The translations under genes were made by a program, and so were the position numbers. From a virus (Duplodnaviria > Caudoviricetes), in IMG/VR virus record IMGVR_UViG_3300020042_007964, positions 1 through 39,472 of that record: a stretch of DNA of 39,472 bases. One strand, given 5' to 3'. The stretch's first letter is position 1. Each line of letters opens with the position of its first letter. Below are positions 18,450 to 27,735 of the stretch, in pieces. The notes below the pieces were generated by a model. It searched no databases and had not been told where the DNA came from. It saw only the letters and a list, made by a program, of their open reading frames with translations.

Positions 18450-19049
18450 ATGGACATTAACAAACTAAAAGGACACATTCCTGACACAGTAATTGCACAG
18501 CTTCCTGACACAATCGCTAAGTTTGAACTTAACACTCCGCTAAGACTTGCTCATTTTCTAGCTCAAGCTGGTCATGAATCTGGTGGATTTAAAGCTGTTA
18601 ATGAGAACTTAAATTATGGAGCCAAAGGATTATTAGGTATATTTAAAAAGTATTTTCCAACTCCAGAAAAAGCTGCTTTATATGAAAGAAAGCCAGAAAA
18701 AATCGCTAATTTGGTATATGGCGGTCGTATGGGCAATGGTCCTGAAACTTCTGGTGAAGGTTACAAGTATCGTGGTCGTGGTTATATTCAGCTTACTGGT
18801 AAAGATAACTATAAAGCCTTTGACTTGGTTGTTGCAGAAAATATCACAGAGAATCCGGATCTAGTAGCTACAAAATATCCATTGTTATCTGCAGCTTGGT
18901 TTTTCCATAAGAATGGTCTTCATAAGATCGCAGACAAAGGAGCGACTGATGCTGTAGTAACAGAAGTAACAAAAAGAGTAAATGGCGGAACTATAGGACT
19001 TCCAGATAGGCTTAAACACTTCAAAGAGTATCATGATCTCTTAAAGTAA
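18450..19049 (+). CDS. Endolysin, glycoside hydrolase family 19 (chitinase-like)
   Basis: RLAHFLAQAGHESGG, ENLNY, YRGRGYIQLTGKDNY, SAAWFF, VTKRVNGG...DR. Confidence 0.93.
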   Translation: MDINKLKGHIPDTVIAQLPDTIAKFELNTPLRLAHFLAQAGHESGGFKAVNENLNYGAKGLLGIFKKYFPTPEKAALYERKPEKIANLVYGGRMGNGPETSGEGYKYRGRGYIQLTGKDNYKAFDLVVAENITENPDLVATKYPLLSAAWFFHKNGLHKIADKGATDAVVTEVTKRVNGGTIGLPDRLKHFKEYHDLLK

Positions 19050-19087
19050 CCAAGAACATATATTTTTTTATTGTCGGAAAAATTCGA

Positions 19088-19095
19088 TAGATTTG
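19088..19095 (+). promoter_or_regulatory. Bacteroidota-type -7 promoter element (TAGATTTG)
   Basis: TAnnTTTG in the 55-nt gap after the endolysin, 9 nt before ATG 19105. Confidence 0.5.
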
Positions 19096-19104
19096 CTAAA
19101 AAAC

Positions 19105-21066
19105 ATGAAACAACATTTTGAAATTCTAAAGAGACTTATTGCTGAAGTAGAAGAAGAAACTGTTGAAGATCCAAAACCTGGTTCTTTTGAAGCAGATCCT
19201 ATGGCATTCATACTTAAAAAGTATCATAGTCTTAATGAGCTAATGATCGAGTTAATGACTAAGGACTTTCAAGAGTATGTTGATGGCATCTTTGTAATGG
19301 CTCCAAAACCGACTACGTTTAAGATTCAATTGCACAACGGTCAATTTTTCTTTTTAGTTTATCTAGGAAAAGCTTATGAAGCTACAATAGAGGGCAAAAA
19401 GTATTATTTGATGGGAATCGGTGAGAAAGAAAGATGCATGACTGCAATCGCTAGACTTCTTAGATTCGGAACTCCGCTAAAAACTCAAGGACCTGAAGGC
19501 GCAGAACAAGCTACAAGAAACGAAGAAAATACAGGAATGGAAGGAGATTGGGCTGCAAAAGGCGGAGCTAGTGGTGGAATGGAGCCAGAAGCTGGAGGAG
19601 GTGGAGAAGTAGACACTACAGCTGATACTGGAGGAGAAGAGTTGACTGAGAACAAAAAAATACTAGAGGGAATATTAAAAAAAACTTTAGTCAAAGAATT
19701 AACAGTTAGTCCAAACTACAAAACAGGAAAAGGATTTAATCCTTATTATACTTTAAAAGACGATGTTAAAAATGATGTAGCGAAAGCTATTAAAGCTGAT
19801 CCTAATAAAATCGTTTTTAAAAATGTTACAGAACCTAAAGGAAAACCCGCGATAGATAAAAAAGGTGGTTTTTCATTTCAGATAGGATTAGAGCAAAATG
19901 GAGACATAAAAGATACAAATTATTACATTAAAGCCGTGAAGTCAGAAGTAACAGGTCATTATGGTACAGAAACTCGAAAAGATTCAACTGCTTCATCAAA
20001 TGTAAATGAATTTTTATCACTATACTTTATAAAGCATCCATTTGACGGCGCTGCTAAAGAATTCATAAAATTCTCAAAGAACCCAGGTTTTAAAAATAGC
20101 GGAGTATTTACTGGTGAAGATGAAGAGGTTTCTATGCAGGATTTAAGCGATATGATCACAAAAGACGAAAGTCCAGAAAGAGACATAAAGATCGGTATCA
20201 ATAACGCTAAAGCTGTTAAGTCTGATCTAAAAACTAACAAGCAAACTATTTCTAAATTATATTGGACTCCTAGAGGAAAGCCAGAGGGAATATCTTCAAA
20301 GAATCCCTCTGACATAATTATAAAGTTAAAAGACGGATCTTTTGTAGGATATTCTAACAAGATCACATCAGGAGGAGCAGATACAACTCCTAAACTCAAT
20401 ACAAGTTTATCAGCATTCGCTCAAAAATTAGGAGACGCTTCTCAAGAAGAAAGTATTAAGAGTATTGTAGATAAATCATGGAATCAAGCAGCTTCAAAAA
20501 TAACAGGAGAGAACGCGTCAAAAGCTATAAAAGCTTTTAAAATAGGAAAAGAAAAACATTCTGAAAGCGCAAGTAGGGATGCTTTTGCGGATCTAGCTAG
20601 GGAGTTTCAAAAGGACGGTCTTGATTTTTATAAAGACGACTTTTATTACCTATATAGAAATCAATTAATAGAAAATTTATCCAATTATTGGAAAAATCAA
20701 GAAAATTTAGCCTATCTATTAAAAACTATTGGATTTTACACATATGGACAAATAGAAGAGGGATCTACTCCATGTCCCTATAAATTATTAATAGGAACAG
20801 AAAAAGGATCAACCATAAAAGAAGTATCTTCTGATGAAGACGCTAAATTACTATTAACTCAATCTTCTAAAGATAATATAGAAAGTATTTCAGTAATTAA
20901 ACAAACTAAAGAAGGGGGTCAATCTTTTGGATTATCTTTCAATAGTTCTCTTATAGACGCTACAGTGCAAATACCGCTAACTTTAAGAACTAGAGCAAGT
21001 GGAGGTTGGGCAGGAAAATCTCTATATATAATGACTCCAGGACTTAAAATAACGAAGAATCAATAA
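19105..21066 (+). CDS. Two-domain protein with C-terminal putative PD-(D/E)xK-like nuclease
   Basis: Start moved from TTG 19093 to ATG 19105. Gly/Glu-rich linker. NVNEFLS...NPSDIIIK...VGYSNK resembles a restriction-fold E...D...S-x-K active site. Confidence 0.55.
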   Translation: MKQHFEILKRLIAEVEEETVEDPKPGSFEADPMAFILKKYHSLNELMIELMTKDFQEYVDGIFVMAPKPTTFKIQLHNGQFFFLVYLGKAYEATIEGKKYYLMGIGEKERCMTAIARLLRFGTPLKTQGPEGAEQATRNEENTGMEGDWAAKGGASGGMEPEAGGGGEVDTTADTGGEELTENKKILEGILKKTLVKELTVSPNYKTGKGFNPYYTLKDDVKNDVAKAIKADPNKIVFKNVTEPKGKPAIDKKGGFSFQIGLEQNGDIKDTNYYIKAVKSEVTGHYGTETRKDSTASSNVNEFLSLYFIKHPFDGAAKEFIKFSKNPGFKNSGVFTGEDEEVSMQDLSDMITKDESPERDIKIGINNAKAVKSDLKTNKQTISKLYWTPRGKPEGISSKNPSDIIIKLKDGSFVGYSNKITSGGADTTPKLNTSLSAFAQKLGDASQEESIKSIVDKSWNQAASKITGENASKAIKAFKIGKEKHSESASRDAFADLAREFQKDGLDFYKDDFYYLYRNQLIENLSNYWKNQENLAYLLKTIGFYTYGQIEEGSTPCPYKLLIGTEKGSTIKEVSSDEDAKLLLTQSSKDNIESISVIKQTKEGGQSFGLSFNSSLIDATVQIPLTLRTRASGGWAGKSLYIMTPGLKITKNQ

Positions 21067-21069
21067 AAA

Positions 21070-21441
21070 ATGAATAAAACAATTAATACCATAAAGAATT
21101 GGCTGCCTATTATTAAAATTATTCAGTATATTGCAATAGTAATAATAATATTGTATTTTGCAATTCAATTATTAACTACAAAAAGAGAGATCTCTAGCGA
21201 TTTTAAAGCTCAATTAGATAGCTTACAAAAAGTTACAGTCGCTCTTCAAAAGCAACAGAAATCTTACGATAGTACAATATTATTAGAAGAAGAAAAGATA
21301 AAAGAGTTGGACTATCAGATAGATCATGTAAAAGAAAAAACTACAATAATAAAAGAATATTATCATGAACAAAGTAAAGCTGCTGATAGCTATACTCCTA
21401 CTCAGCTCGACAGTTTTTTCGCAAAGCGTTACGGATACTAG
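21070..21441 (+). CDS. Inner-membrane-anchored coiled-coil protein (i-spanin-like)
   Basis: N-terminal TM (IIQYIAIVIIILYFAIQLL) then coiled coil. Overlaps the next gene by 77 nt. Near the endolysin. Confidence 0.55.
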   Translation: MNKTINTIKNWLPIIKIIQYIAIVIIILYFAIQLLTTKREISSDFKAQLDSLQKVTVALQKQQKSYDSTILLEEEKIKELDYQIDHVKEKTTIIKEYYHEQSKAADSYTPTQLDSFFAKRYGY

Positions 21442-21775
21442 TAAGTTACAGATAAGCTATCCAGTAGCAAAAATGATCGTTAAAGATCTCATTAAAGGAG
21501 ATTCATCTTTTGCGATGCTAAAAGTAAAAGAAGACCAGCTAACTCTTACAGAAAAAAAGGTCGTAGTTAAAGACAGTATTATAAGCATGTATAAGCTTAA
21601 AGAACTTAATTATCTTAGTCAAGTTAATAATGAAATGGCTAAAGTAGAAGGTTGGCAAAAGCAATACTCGGAGCTTTATAAACAACACAGAAAACTAAAA
21701 GTAAAATACAGGTTCACGCAAATATTGTCTTATGCAATTGTTGGTGGACTTGGATACTTGTACATCACCAAATAA
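21365..21775 (+). CDS. Secreted coiled-coil protein with C-terminal hydrophobic segment (spanin partner candidate)
   Basis: Signal peptide MNKVKLLIAILLLSSTVFS-Q, no cysteine, C-terminal ILSYAIVGGLGYLYI. Confidence 0.55.
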   Translation: MNKVKLLIAILLLSSTVFSQSVTDTSKLQISYPVAKMIVKDLIKGDSSFAMLKVKEDQLTLTEKKVVVKDSIISMYKLKELNYLSQVNNEMAKVEGWQKQYSELYKQHRKLKVKYRFTQILSYAIVGGLGYLYITK

Positions 21776-23373
21776 TGTCAGAACAACAAATTTCCATAAA
21801 GGATAAAGTAAAAGAAGAGTTTATAAAATGCGCAACAGATCCTGTGTATTTTATGAAAAAGTACTACATGATTCAGCATCCTCAAAGAGGTCGAATGCTA
21901 TTCAATCTGTATCCTTTTCAAGAGAAAGTATTACGATTATTTCAAAATAATAAGTTCTCTGTAATTAACAAATCAAGACAGTTAGGTATATCGACCTTAG
22001 TATCCGCGTATTCTTTGTGGTTAATGTTATTCCAAAAAGATAAGAACGTTCTTGTAATTGCAACTACTCAGGCTACTGCAAAGAACATGGTAACTAAGGT
22101 TAGATTTGCCTATCAGAATCTACCATCGTGGCTTAAAATACCAGCTTCAGAAGACAACAGATTAAGTCTTAGACTAAACAATGGATCGCAGATTAAAGCT
22201 GTTTCTGCAGCTGGAGACGCAGCCAGATCTGAAGCAGTAACTTTGCTAGTAATTGATGAAGCTGCGTTTATTGATAGAATCGAAGAGATCTTTACTTCTG
22301 CTCAACAAACATTGGCTACTGGTGGTGGCGCTATAGCATTGTCTACTCCTAATGGCGTAGGTAATTGGTTTCACCAAACTTACAGTAAGGCTCAAAAGAA
22401 AGAAAACAGTTTTTTACCTATATCTTTACCTTGGACGGTTCATCCTGAAAGAAATCAAGAATGGAGAGATCAACAAGACAAAGATCTTGGAGTAAGAAGC
22501 GCAGCTCAAGAGTGCGATTGTGACTTTGTAACTTCTGGTAACACAGTAATTCCTCCTGATGTCTTAAACTGGTACGAAGCAAATACATTAAAAGAACCTC
22601 TAGAGATGAGAGGCATGGACAAAGGCTACTGGATATGGGAATATCCCGATCCTATGAAGTACTATACTGTTATTGCTGACGTAGCAAGAGGCGATGGTGC
22701 TGACTTCTCTGCTTTTCAAGTCTTAGAAATGGAGACAATGACACAAGTTGCTGAATACAAATCTCAACCAGGAACAAGAGAGTACGCTAATGTGCTTTTA
22801 TCAGCAGCTACGGAGTATAATCATGCATTATTAGTAGTAGAAAATGCAAGTATTGGATGGGATGTAGTTCAATCTGTAGTCGAAAGCGGATATCCAAATG
22901 TACACTATAGCTATAGAACAGAGATTGGAATGGACTTTCAAAAGTATCTAGATAAGTACCAGACCTCAAATTCAGCTTTAGTTCCAGGATTCTCTACTAC
23001 AGGTAAAACAAAGCCGCTAGTTATTGGAAAGATGAGAGATTTCATAGAGAATAAGTTTGTAACCATAAGATCGCTAAGGCTTTTAGAAGAGCTTAGGGTA
23101 TTTATCTGGAAAAATGATAGCGGACAAGCGATGAACGGATACAATGACGACCTAGTAATGGCTTTCGCAATAGGAATGTATTTAAGAGACACTTCGTTAA
23201 GATATAAAAACACTGCAGACAGTCTTTTAAGAAACAGTCTAAACAATTTTACAAAAACCGATTCAGGTTTTCAAGCATATAACGCAAACAGTTCATTTAA
23301 CAGTAACCCTTGGGTGATGGATATACCAAGTCAAAACGGTATGGAAAGTCAAGATCTTCGGTGGTTATTATAA
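21775..23373 (+). CDS. terL: Terminase large subunit (T4 gp17-like)
   Basis: LYPFQ Q-motif, KSRQLGIST Walker A, LVIDEAAF Walker B, STPNG, nuclease ADVARG...DFSA and DDLVMA. Confidence 0.96.
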   Translation: MSEQQISIKDKVKEEFIKCATDPVYFMKKYYMIQHPQRGRMLFNLYPFQEKVLRLFQNNKFSVINKSRQLGISTLVSAYSLWLMLFQKDKNVLVIATTQATAKNMVTKVRFAYQNLPSWLKIPASEDNRLSLRLNNGSQIKAVSAAGDAARSEAVTLLVIDEAAFIDRIEEIFTSAQQTLATGGGAIALSTPNGVGNWFHQTYSKAQKKENSFLPISLPWTVHPERNQEWRDQQDKDLGVRSAAQECDCDFVTSGNTVIPPDVLNWYEANTLKEPLEMRGMDKGYWIWEYPDPMKYYTVIADVARGDGADFSAFQVLEMETMTQVAEYKSQPGTREYANVLLSAATEYNHALLVVENASIGWDVVQSVVESGYPNVHYSYRTEIGMDFQKYLDKYQTSNSALVPGFSTTGKTKPLVIGKMRDFIENKFVTIRSLRLLEELRVFIWKNDSGQAMNGYNDDLVMAFAIGMYLRDTSLRYKNTADSLLRNSLNNFTKTDSGFQAYNANSSFNSNPWVMDIPSQNGMESQDLRWLL

Positions 23374-23393
23374 TCTTCGCATAATTATTACTA

Positions 23394-25292
23394 ATGGCAG
23401 AAACACAAAAACAGCAAGAGAATTTATTTACAACCCTTAGAAGGTTGTTTTCGACCGATGTTATTATTCGTAACGAAGGTGGAGATATGCTTAAAGTCAT
23501 TGACTCTGATAGGATTCAAACTTCAGGTGTCATACAGACTAATTCGCTTATTGATAGATTCAATAAAGTATATACTACTTCTACTGCCTATGGAGTAAAT
23601 TTAAACTTAGCTCAAAACTATCGTTCGGCTAGGGTTCAAATCTATGCTGACTATGATGCCATGGATACTGATGCGATCATTGCTTCAGCGCTAGATATCA
23701 TATCTGACGAAGCTACTCTTAAAAACGAGCAAGGCGAAGTATTGCAGATCAGATCAGCTGACGAAAACATTCAAAAGCTATTATACAATCTTTACTATTC
23801 AGTACTAAATATAGAATTCAATCTTTGGTCTTGGATTCGTAACATGTGTAAATACGGTGACTTCTTTTTAAAGCTAGAAATAGCCGAAAACTATGGAGTA
23901 TACAACGTAATTCCATTTTCTGCTTACAATATCGTTAGAGAAGAAGGATACAATCCAAGCAATCCAAGTGAAGTAAGATTCAAATACGATCCAAATGCAG
24001 CCTTAACAAATACTGCTGGATATATGAACTCTTCATCAGAAAGAGATCCAGGAATGTATTTCGATAATTATGAGATGGCGCATTTCAGGCTTACTGGCGA
24101 CGTTAACTATCTGCCTTATGGAAGATCTTATCTAGAACCAGCGCGTAAGTTATTTAAACAGTATGTGCTTATAGAAGACGCTATGTTGATTCATAGGATC
24201 GTAAGAGCTCCAGAGCGTAGAATATTCTATGTTAATGTAGGAGCAATACCTCCAACAGAAGTAGAAAACTACATGCAAAGAATGATCAATAAGATGAAGA
24301 AAACTCCTCTTGTAGATCCAAACACAGGACAATATAACCTTAAATACAATCAGCAAAATCTATTAGAAGATTATTTTATCCCTATGCGTGGAAACGATAC
24401 CACTACAAGGATAGATACAGCTAAAGGATTAGAATATAATGGAATTGAGGACGTAAACTACTTTAAAGAAAAGTTATTTGCTGCTTTAAAGATTCCTAAG
24501 GCTTTCATGGGATACGAAAAAGATCTTAGCGGTAAAGCTACTCTAGCAGCTGAGGATATTAGATTCGCAAGAACAGTAGAAAGAATTCAAAAGATTATAG
24601 TATCTGAACTTACAAAAATTGGACTAGTACATTTATATGCTCATGGATATACAGACGCGTCAGCTGCTAACTTTACAATATCTCTTACTAATCCTTCAAT
24701 TATCTATGATCAAGAAAGGATAGCCCTATTTAAAGAGAAAGTAGATCTAGCTAACCAAGCAATGGAAAGCTCGCTACTTCCTAGAGACTTTATCTATGAT
24801 AAAATCTTCCATTTCTCTGAAGATCAATACGCAGAGCTTCAAGATCAAATTGTAGAAGACAAGAAAAGAGTCTTTAGATACAAACAGATAGAAGAAGAAG
24901 GAAACGATCCAGCTGAAAGCGGACAAGCATTTGGAACTCCTCATCAATTGGCAAGTTTATACGGAGGAAAAGGCGATATGAATATGGAGCTTCCAACTGG
25001 ATATAATGAAAAGAATCCTAACGAACCTACAAAAATACCTGGAAGACCACAGAAGTATAAATCGATAATTGGAACTGATGAAGATGCCTTTGGAAGAGAC
25101 AGACTTGGTAGAAAAGGAATGAAGTCAAAAGAAGAAAAAGGCGAAGACGGAAGACTAACTTTAGAGAATACAATGGGAGTTTACTTACAGACAATTAAGT
25201 CTTTACAGAAAGCTTTTCCATCAAGAAAGACTAAATTATTTGAACAACCTGAGGTTTTAAATGAAAATAATATCGTAGACGACTTAGATTAG
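23394..25292 (+). CDS. gp20: Portal vertex protein (T4 gp20-like)
   Basis: IEDAMLIHRIVRAPERRIFYVNVG, LEDYFIP, IEDVNYF...LFAALKIP, EDIRFARTV. Confidence 0.96.
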   Translation: MAETQKQQENLFTTLRRLFSTDVIIRNEGGDMLKVIDSDRIQTSGVIQTNSLIDRFNKVYTTSTAYGVNLNLAQNYRSARVQIYADYDAMDTDAIIASALDIISDEATLKNEQGEVLQIRSADENIQKLLYNLYYSVLNIEFNLWSWIRNMCKYGDFFLKLEIAENYGVYNVIPFSAYNIVREEGYNPSNPSEVRFKYDPNAALTNTAGYMNSSSERDPGMYFDNYEMAHFRLTGDVNYLPYGRSYLEPARKLFKQYVLIEDAMLIHRIVRAPERRIFYVNVGAIPPTEVENYMQRMINKMKKTPLVDPNTGQYNLKYNQQNLLEDYFIPMRGNDTTTRIDTAKGLEYNGIEDVNYFKEKLFAALKIPKAFMGYEKDLSGKATLAAEDIRFARTVERIQKIIVSELTKIGLVHLYAHGYTDASAANFTISLTNPSIIYDQERIALFKEKVDLANQAMESSLLPRDFIYDKIFHFSEDQYAELQDQIVEDKKRVFRYKQIEEEGNDPAESGQAFGTPHQLASLYGGKGDMNMELPTGYNEKNPNEPTKIPGRPQKYKSIIGTDEDAFGRDRLGRKGMKSKEEKGEDGRLTLENTMGVYLQTIKSLQKAFPSRKTKLFEQPEVLNENNIVDDLD

Positions 25293-25300
25293 TTCTATAC

Positions 25301-25308
25301 ATATTTAT
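25301..25308 (+). promoter_or_regulatory. Putative late promoter ATATTTAT
   Basis: Octamer in the gap between portal and ORF 25331. Confidence 0.65.
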
Positions 25309-25330
25309 AACCAGAGATTTGTAAATTCTT

Positions 25331-26179
25331 ATGGCATTGAAACATTCAAAGTTCAGAAATTCAGGAATACTATTCGAGCTTCTCGTTAGGCAAACTACAG
25401 CGGACCTACTAGAGAACAAAGATTCCAAGTCTGTAAAGATATTAAAAAAATATTTTACCAATACAGAATTAGCAAAGGAGTACTCATTGTACAATTCCTT
25501 TATTAATAGTCCTATGCTATCTACGTCTAAAGCAGAGATGTTTATTCAGACTTTAGTAGAAGAGTATAAAAAGCTAGACTATGAGAAACTAAAAAAAGAG
25601 AAGTATAATCTAATTAGAGAAATCAAAAATAGCTACGACTTAGATAATTTTTTTAAGGCTAAGATCGATAACTATAAGCCTTATGCTTCTATATACATAG
25701 TATTAGAGTCTCAAAATATTAAAGGAAACCTAAACCAAGTCGTAACTAGCAAGGTAAATATGCTAGAGCATATTTCTAAAACTAATGTAAAGGAAAAGTC
25801 AACCTCTACTACAATTATGGAAGAATTCATGAACGAAGACAAAGAGATTAGGCTTCTTGCTTATAAGATATTAGTAGAAAAGTTCAATAAGAAATACGTT
25901 GGTCTTTCTAAAGATCAAAAAGATGTATTAAAAGAGTACATCAACAACATATCTGACACAAAGAATCTAAAAATCTACTTAAACAAAAGATTAACAGAGA
26001 TAAAGAAACAGCTTCTTGAGATGTCTACTACTGTAAAAGATCAAGTTACTGCTATAAAACTAAAAGAAGTAGTAAAATTCATTAAGCCTATTCACGAAAA
26101 CGAGGCTATCAAAGACGAAACCGTTTCAACGCTACTTCAATACTATGATCTAATTAACGAAATAAAAAGCGTAGACTAA
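25331..26179 (+). CDS. Helical hypothetical protein in the head module
   Basis: 282 aa. KHSKFRNSGILFELL start. Located between portal and protease. Confidence 0.8.
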   Translation: MALKHSKFRNSGILFELLVRQTTADLLENKDSKSVKILKKYFTNTELAKEYSLYNSFINSPMLSTSKAEMFIQTLVEEYKKLDYEKLKKEKYNLIREIKNSYDLDNFFKAKIDNYKPYASIYIVLESQNIKGNLNQVVTSKVNMLEHISKTNVKEKSTSTTIMEEFMNEDKEIRLLAYKILVEKFNKKYVGLSKDQKDVLKEYINNISDTKNLKIYLNKRLTEIKKQLLEMSTTVKDQVTAIKLKEVVKFIKPIHENEAIKDETVSTLLQYYDLINEIKSVD

Positions 26180-26180
26180 T

Positions 26181-27269
26181 ATGAGCATTCATTCAGATAA
26201 TAGAAGATTGATGTCTACTTTGTACGAAAATACTATCGCTGTTTCTGTGAATAATCCAAAATTAGAGAACATAGTAGCTACAAAAATAATGCCTGATCAA
26301 GACGAAGAGGGCAATTATAGATTCGAACCTAACGAATATCAACAATTTCAAATTTTAGCGAGCGATTTCTACGAAGGTGAAGATTGGCGAGAAGTTAATA
26401 TGGATGAAATGTCTACTTCATCTGCAGTAGGCGCATATAATCCTAGTTTACATGCCAAACCAAAACAATATAAAGGACATGAATTAGAAGAAACATCGAA
26501 TCCTCAATCAGGAAAAGCTACGCCATTCGGTTCAGGATACAAAGCCGTAAAAGGATTTAGAGCTGGACATACAAAAGATAAAGGCGGATTTCAATATAAA
26601 GATCTTTGGAATCTTAATGAAGAGCAATTTAATGAATTAGTATCTACGCAAGACAAAAATAAAATAGATAAATTATTAGATTTAATACAAGATAAAGCAC
26701 CAGACTTATATAAAAAATTTACACGCTGGATGTTAGATCCATATACCGCGCATGACTATGAAGACTATAAAAGTGATGCACAGGCAAAAGGAATAGATGT
26801 AAGTCTATTAGGTATTAGCGAAAGACAAGAGACAGAAAAGTTTGGATTCAAAATAGGAGATAAGGTCAACATTGTAGATGAGTGGCCAGATACTGGATAC
26901 GGAGATGTTGTAGGATTTGAAAAAAACGATATTAAAGTGATGGTTAGAAAAGGTGGAGGATCAACTTTCTTTAGACCAATGGTATTTCATCCAAGCAAAT
27001 TAGAGCATCAAAAATCAGATGATAAAGAAGACATGGAAACTTTAAAAGAAGGACTCAAAACCGAAATCAAAGTTAGAAGTAAAAAACAACAGTTTCAAGA
27101 GGCTACAAAGATGGCTAATAAGAAACTAAAAGAAATAAATAGTATACTTGAATTTGCACAAGGATTAAAAACAGAACTACACGAAGTAGAATGTGAGTCT
27201 TGTTCAAGGATGATGGAGAGTATGAAGCGAAATATAGCTGAAGCATACAAGAAAATAAAAAATCTGTAA
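26181..27269 (+). CDS. Modular hypothetical protein with SH3/KOW-like segment (putative internal head protein)
   Basis: 362 aa. FKIGDKV...GDVVG. Repeated LYE/LEE/LNE/ISE/LKE sites. Confidence 0.7.
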   Translation: MSIHSDNRRLMSTLYENTIAVSVNNPKLENIVATKIMPDQDEEGNYRFEPNEYQQFQILASDFYEGEDWREVNMDEMSTSSAVGAYNPSLHAKPKQYKGHELEETSNPQSGKATPFGSGYKAVKGFRAGHTKDKGGFQYKDLWNLNEEQFNELVSTQDKNKIDKLLDLIQDKAPDLYKKFTRWMLDPYTAHDYEDYKSDAQAKGIDVSLLGISERQETEKFGFKIGDKVNIVDEWPDTGYGDVVGFEKNDIKVMVRKGGGSTFFRPMVFHPSKLEHQKSDDKEDMETLKEGLKTEIKVRSKKQQFQEATKMANKKLKEINSILEFAQGLKTELHEVECESCSRMMESMKRNIAEAYKKIKNL

Positions 27270-27270
27270 T

Positions 27271-27588
27271 ATGAAAACCGAAGTAAAACATCTTCAAAAA
27301 TTAGCTGGAATACTAAAAGAATCAGTAGAAGAGAGCGAATCTAACCATATGGAAGATCCTAATCCTATAGATGATGTACCTTCAATAAAATTAGATATAG
27401 ATGATAATGGAACTATGCGCATTCAATTAAGCGCTTTTTTTCATAGTAAAGATAATGGAAAAATACCTCTATTAAAAGATAACCCCGCTCTACAAGATGT
27501 AGTTATGAAAGCAATTCAAATAGAATCACAAAAAGCATTCAGAAAAGCAGTTCATGGAGTTTTAGGAATACCTTACGGATTAAAATAA
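27271..27588 (+). CDS. Hypothetical protein starting with scaffold-like QKLAGI motif
   Basis: MKTEVKHLQKLAGILKES. 105 aa. Confidence 0.72.
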   Translation: MKTEVKHLQKLAGILKESVEESESNHMEDPNPIDDVPSIKLDIDDNGTMRIQLSAFFHSKDNGKIPLLKDNPALQDVVMKAIQIESQKAFRKAVHGVLGIPYGLK

Positions 27589-27592
27589 ATTT

Positions 27593-27724
27593 ATGGCAAA
27601 GGCAAAAGGTTCAGGCAACGCAAGTAAAGTAAGTTTTGGAAAAAGAAAAAAAGGTAAAACGCAAAAATCATTTAACAAACACGATAGATCGGAAAAGAAC
27701 TATCGCGGACAAGGAAAATCATAA
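27593..27724 (+). CDS. Small very basic protein (43 aa, missing from ORF track)
   Basis: Manual translation MAKAKGSGNASKVSFGKRKKGKTQKSFNKHDRSEKNYRGQGKS*. Exactly fills the gap between neighbouring ORFs. Confidence 0.8.
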   Translation: MAKAKGSGNASKVSFGKRKKGKTQKSFNKHDRSEKNYRGQGKS

Positions 27725-27731
27725 TATTTAT
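27724..27731 (+). promoter_or_regulatory. Putative late promoter ATATTTAT
   Basis: Octamer ending 4 nt before ATG 27736. Confidence 0.62.
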
Positions 27732-27735
27732 TAAT

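Noticed and set aside
21775-25292. Introns or inteins in terminase, portal or primase
   Set aside because: Lengths and motif spacing are normal, with no intein or homing-endonuclease motifs.
17419-25812. 18-nt direct repeat AAAGTCAACCTCTACTAC at 17419-17436 and 25795-25812
   Set aside because: Only two copies, both coding KSTSTT inside unrelated ORFs. Plausible by chance in 39 kb of AT-rich DNA.
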